Positions 61,858 to 64,000 of a DNA stretch of 64,000 bases are shown here, one piece after another. The position numbers were made by a program, and so were the translations under genes. This stretch comes from Limnothrix sp. BL-A-16 (GTDB lineage Bacteria > Cyanobacteriota > Cyanobacteriia > CACIAM-69d). Under the pieces are notes generated by a model. It searched no databases, was not told the origin of the DNA, and saw only the letters and a program-made list of their open reading frames with translations. The first letter of the stretch is position 1, and each line of letters starts with the position of its first letter. The stretch spans positions 2,752,001 through 2,816,000 of the forward strand of contig CP166615.1 of the NCBI GenBank assembly GCA_041937175.2, written 5' to 3'.

Positions 61858-62277
61858 TTGTAAATGAATCCGTGTTGAAGAATGGAAATGAGGCAATTGG
61901 AAATCAATGAATTATGTCAATCCAAGTTGCTTTTTAGATCCTAGAGACTTACCTTCCGTAACGTCCACGAAGTTGAATATATTTTTATGAAAAAGATTGA
62001 TTAAATTTAAAGTAAAACAAACAAAAATTGAGTTTCGTAAAAATATTAATAAATAATATGAATTTTTTAAAAAAGCGTTACAAAGCGATGTTGTAAAACG
62101 TTACACAACTGAAGGTTGCTGACCGAGCGCCGATAGTCACACCAAGTCGAGCGGACGCGATCGAGTGCAATCAAGCGCGATCGAGCAAGCATGTCAAACA
62201 AGCATGATTGAAATTTCACCAGAAAGCCTGAACACTCAGGCAATCCAATCCCTCACCACTGCCGAGCAGTTACTAAT

Positions 62278-63153
62278 CTAGGCAGGTTGCAAAAACCAAA
62301 GCCCGGTATAGGTCATGCCGGAATTATCCGGTTGAATGAGCAGGAAGTGCAGGTGGCGCACGGTGGACTTTCGAGACTCAAAAGCGAGGCCAGCTTGGCG
62401 CAATTCCGAGTCTTGGCTGGTGGCTAAAATCCACCGATCGCACAGGCCGGCTTCCAAGATTACCCCATCCGGTTCACTGGGTACGAAACTGAGGGCAACG
62501 GGCTGCACACCATTGAGCCATTGGGCCAACGCCCGCGATCGCTGGCCCCCGTTCACCACAACCCCGGGAATGGGAGCCTTGGCAGACAATCCCAGGCGAT
62601 CGGGCAGCAGTTCCGAAGGGCGATCGCCGTAGGGGATTGGTCGCTGGGCTAACTGCCGAGCCAACACCTCCGCCGACAAACTGGCAAACCCCCAAGAATC
62701 GCCCCATAGCGAGTCCGCCAGGGGCAAAGGCGGTGGCGAGTCGATCGCCAAGGGATCGTAGGGCTGACCGGTGGCCGGGTCGCGCAGGGGGGATTCGATC
62801 GCCCGTTTTTGTAACCAATCCTTCAGCGCTTGGGTGCGGCGTGTGGCGGTCACGGGCCAACCCAACCGCGAGGCCGCCGCTTCCACCAAACTCAGGGATT
62901 GGGGCCGAAACACACAGAGCCGATCGGGCGGGGTAGCATTGTCACCCATCGCCGCCACCAGCCGCTCCGTTAACCAATGGGTGTCGATCGAGCTTTGGGG
63001 GCAAACGTCTCGAAACACAAAGGTTCGGGCCCGATCGCACACCACCAATTCCCAAAGGGGTTGGCCTGCGGTGTCGGTCATGGGCCGACGATAAAAATCC
63101 ACTTCCCAAATTTGTTGATTGATGGGTTGATCTGTCACTGCTTGATTCGTCAC
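62278..63153 (-). CDS. Tab2/Atab2 family RNA-binding protein (DUF1092)
   Basis: IWEVDFYRRP...WEL..C, FRPQ, RRT..LK.WL, LEAGL.DRW, HFL..Q....G.W. Confidence 0.9.
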   Translation of the reverse strand: MTNQAVTDQPINQQIWEVDFYRRPMTDTAGQPLWELVVCDRARTFVFRDVCPQSSIDTHWLTERLVAAMGDNATPPDRLCVFRPQSLSLVEAAASRLGWPVTATRRTQALKDWLQKRAIESPLRDPATGQPYDPLAIDSPPPLPLADSLWGDSWGFASLSAEVLARQLAQRPIPYGDRPSELLPDRLGLSAKAPIPGVVVNGGQRSRALAQWLNGVQPVALSFVPSEPDGVILEAGLCDRWILATSQDSELRQAGLAFESRKSTVRHLHFLLIQPDNSGMTYTGLWFLQPA

Positions 63154-63261
63154 TGGTTAATCTGTAATTGGTTGATTAATTGGTTGATTAATCGCTGAAA
63201 CCGTCGGAAGCACAACAAGTTTGAACTCCAAAGTCTGAAACACGCAGAGCAGGCAACTTCC

Positions 63262-64000
63262 ATGGCTCGATCGTTGGTGCTGGTGAATCCTTCCCAAGTG
63301 ACCCGTAACAGTCGATCTCCCCTGTGGGCCCTCCTGTTGGGCATTGCGCTAACCGGCTGTGGCGGGGGCAGCATGGCCAACAAAGCCGCAGCACCCATGC
63401 CCGAGGCCATGGCTCCCGCAGCGGGCGGCCAAGAGCGCCAGGCATTAGCTCCCAACGATAGCGATTTGGCGGCCAATGCGCAGTCGCCCCCTAGTTCGAT
63501 CGCCCAACCGCAACTGATCAAAACCGTCACCCTGGCCCTGAAGGCAGATTCGGTCACCAAAGCCCTGGAAGCCACCCAAGCGATCGTCAAGGAAAATCAG
63601 GGCGATGTGATTAGCCTCAACGATCGCCGCACCGACACCAGCCGAATCGCAGAATTACAGTTTCGGGTTCCCGCCAACCAACTCGATCGCGCCGTGGCCG
63701 CCGTCACCCAGTTGGGTTACCTGCAAAACCGAGCCATGCAAGCGGAAGACGTGACCGATCAACTGGTGGATGCCGATGCTCGGTTACGCAACCTGCGCCG
63801 CACCGAAGACAGCTTGCTCGCCTTGCTGCAAAAATCCGGCTCCGTGCGCGACATCTTGGCGGTGAATCAACAGGTGAGCCAAACTCGCCAACAGATTGAG
63901 CAAATTGAAGCCCAACTGAAAAATCTGCGCACCCGTGTGGCCTACTCCACCGTGAACTTAACGATCGAACAGAGCGTGGCTGGTTTGGCCGATGCCAACC
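63262..64000 (+). CDS. DUF4349-domain lipoprotein, partial (runs off the window end)
   Basis: Manual translation: lipobox LTGC, QLIKT..L.L, L.FRVP...LD, EDVTDQLVD.DARLRNLRRTE..L, RVAYSTV.L. Confidence 0.88.
   Translation, partial: MARSLVLVNPSQVTRNSRSPLWALLLGIALTGCGGGSMANKAAAPMPEAMAPAAGGQERQALAPNDSDLAANAQSPPSSIAQPQLIKTVTLALKADSVTKALEATQAIVKENQGDVISLNDRRTDTSRIAELQFRVPANQLDRAVAAVTQLGYLQNRAMQAEDVTDQLVDADARLRNLRRTEDSLLALLQKSGSVRDILAVNQQVSQTRQQIEQIEAQLKNLRTRVAYSTVNLTIEQSVAGLADAN

Larger units (their letters stand above)
1..64000. repeat. HIP1 octamer GCGATCGC / CGATCG dispersed at high density
   Basis: Recurs throughout most coding and intergenic sequence; a known cyanobacterial genome signature. 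Confidence 0.95.

Noticed and set aside
60739..61863. 374-aa ORF on the + strand
   Set aside because: Antisense shadow of psbA.

Overview
A 64-kb window of cyanobacterial chromosome. It is GC-rich and dense in the HIP1 octamer GCGATCGC and its core CGATCG; the style suggests a Limnothrix-like filamentous strain, but that assignment is inference only. Most of it is housekeeping or conserved cyanobacterial genes: cysS, hemA, glpX, an SLH/OprB porin, a cruE-like Rieske carotenoid desaturase, larE-like, cofH, ktrAB, rps1, metK, plsC, psbA, signalling proteins and hypotheticals. No rRNA, tRNA or CRISPR array was seen. The unusual content is intergenic. (1) An intact IS5-family element (13668-14571) with a frameshifted transposase sits beside a 173-bp MITE that shares its ends; an identical MITE copy lies 32 kb away. 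(2) At least nine miniature elements with three different types of terminal inverted repeat carry the same 20-bp core palindrome CAAGGGGCTTAAGCCCCTTG. An asymmetric variant of this core is flipped between two otherwise co-oriented copies, one arm is amplified in 69-bp tandem units, and one element is nested inside another. Other candidates are a translationally coupled sigma-70-like/DUF1822-like pair divergent from a glycine-rich-domain (GRDP-like) gene, a Nif11-like microprotein, and an (A/E)ASP-repeat lipoprotein. All family calls come from motif recognition by eye; no database searches were run.
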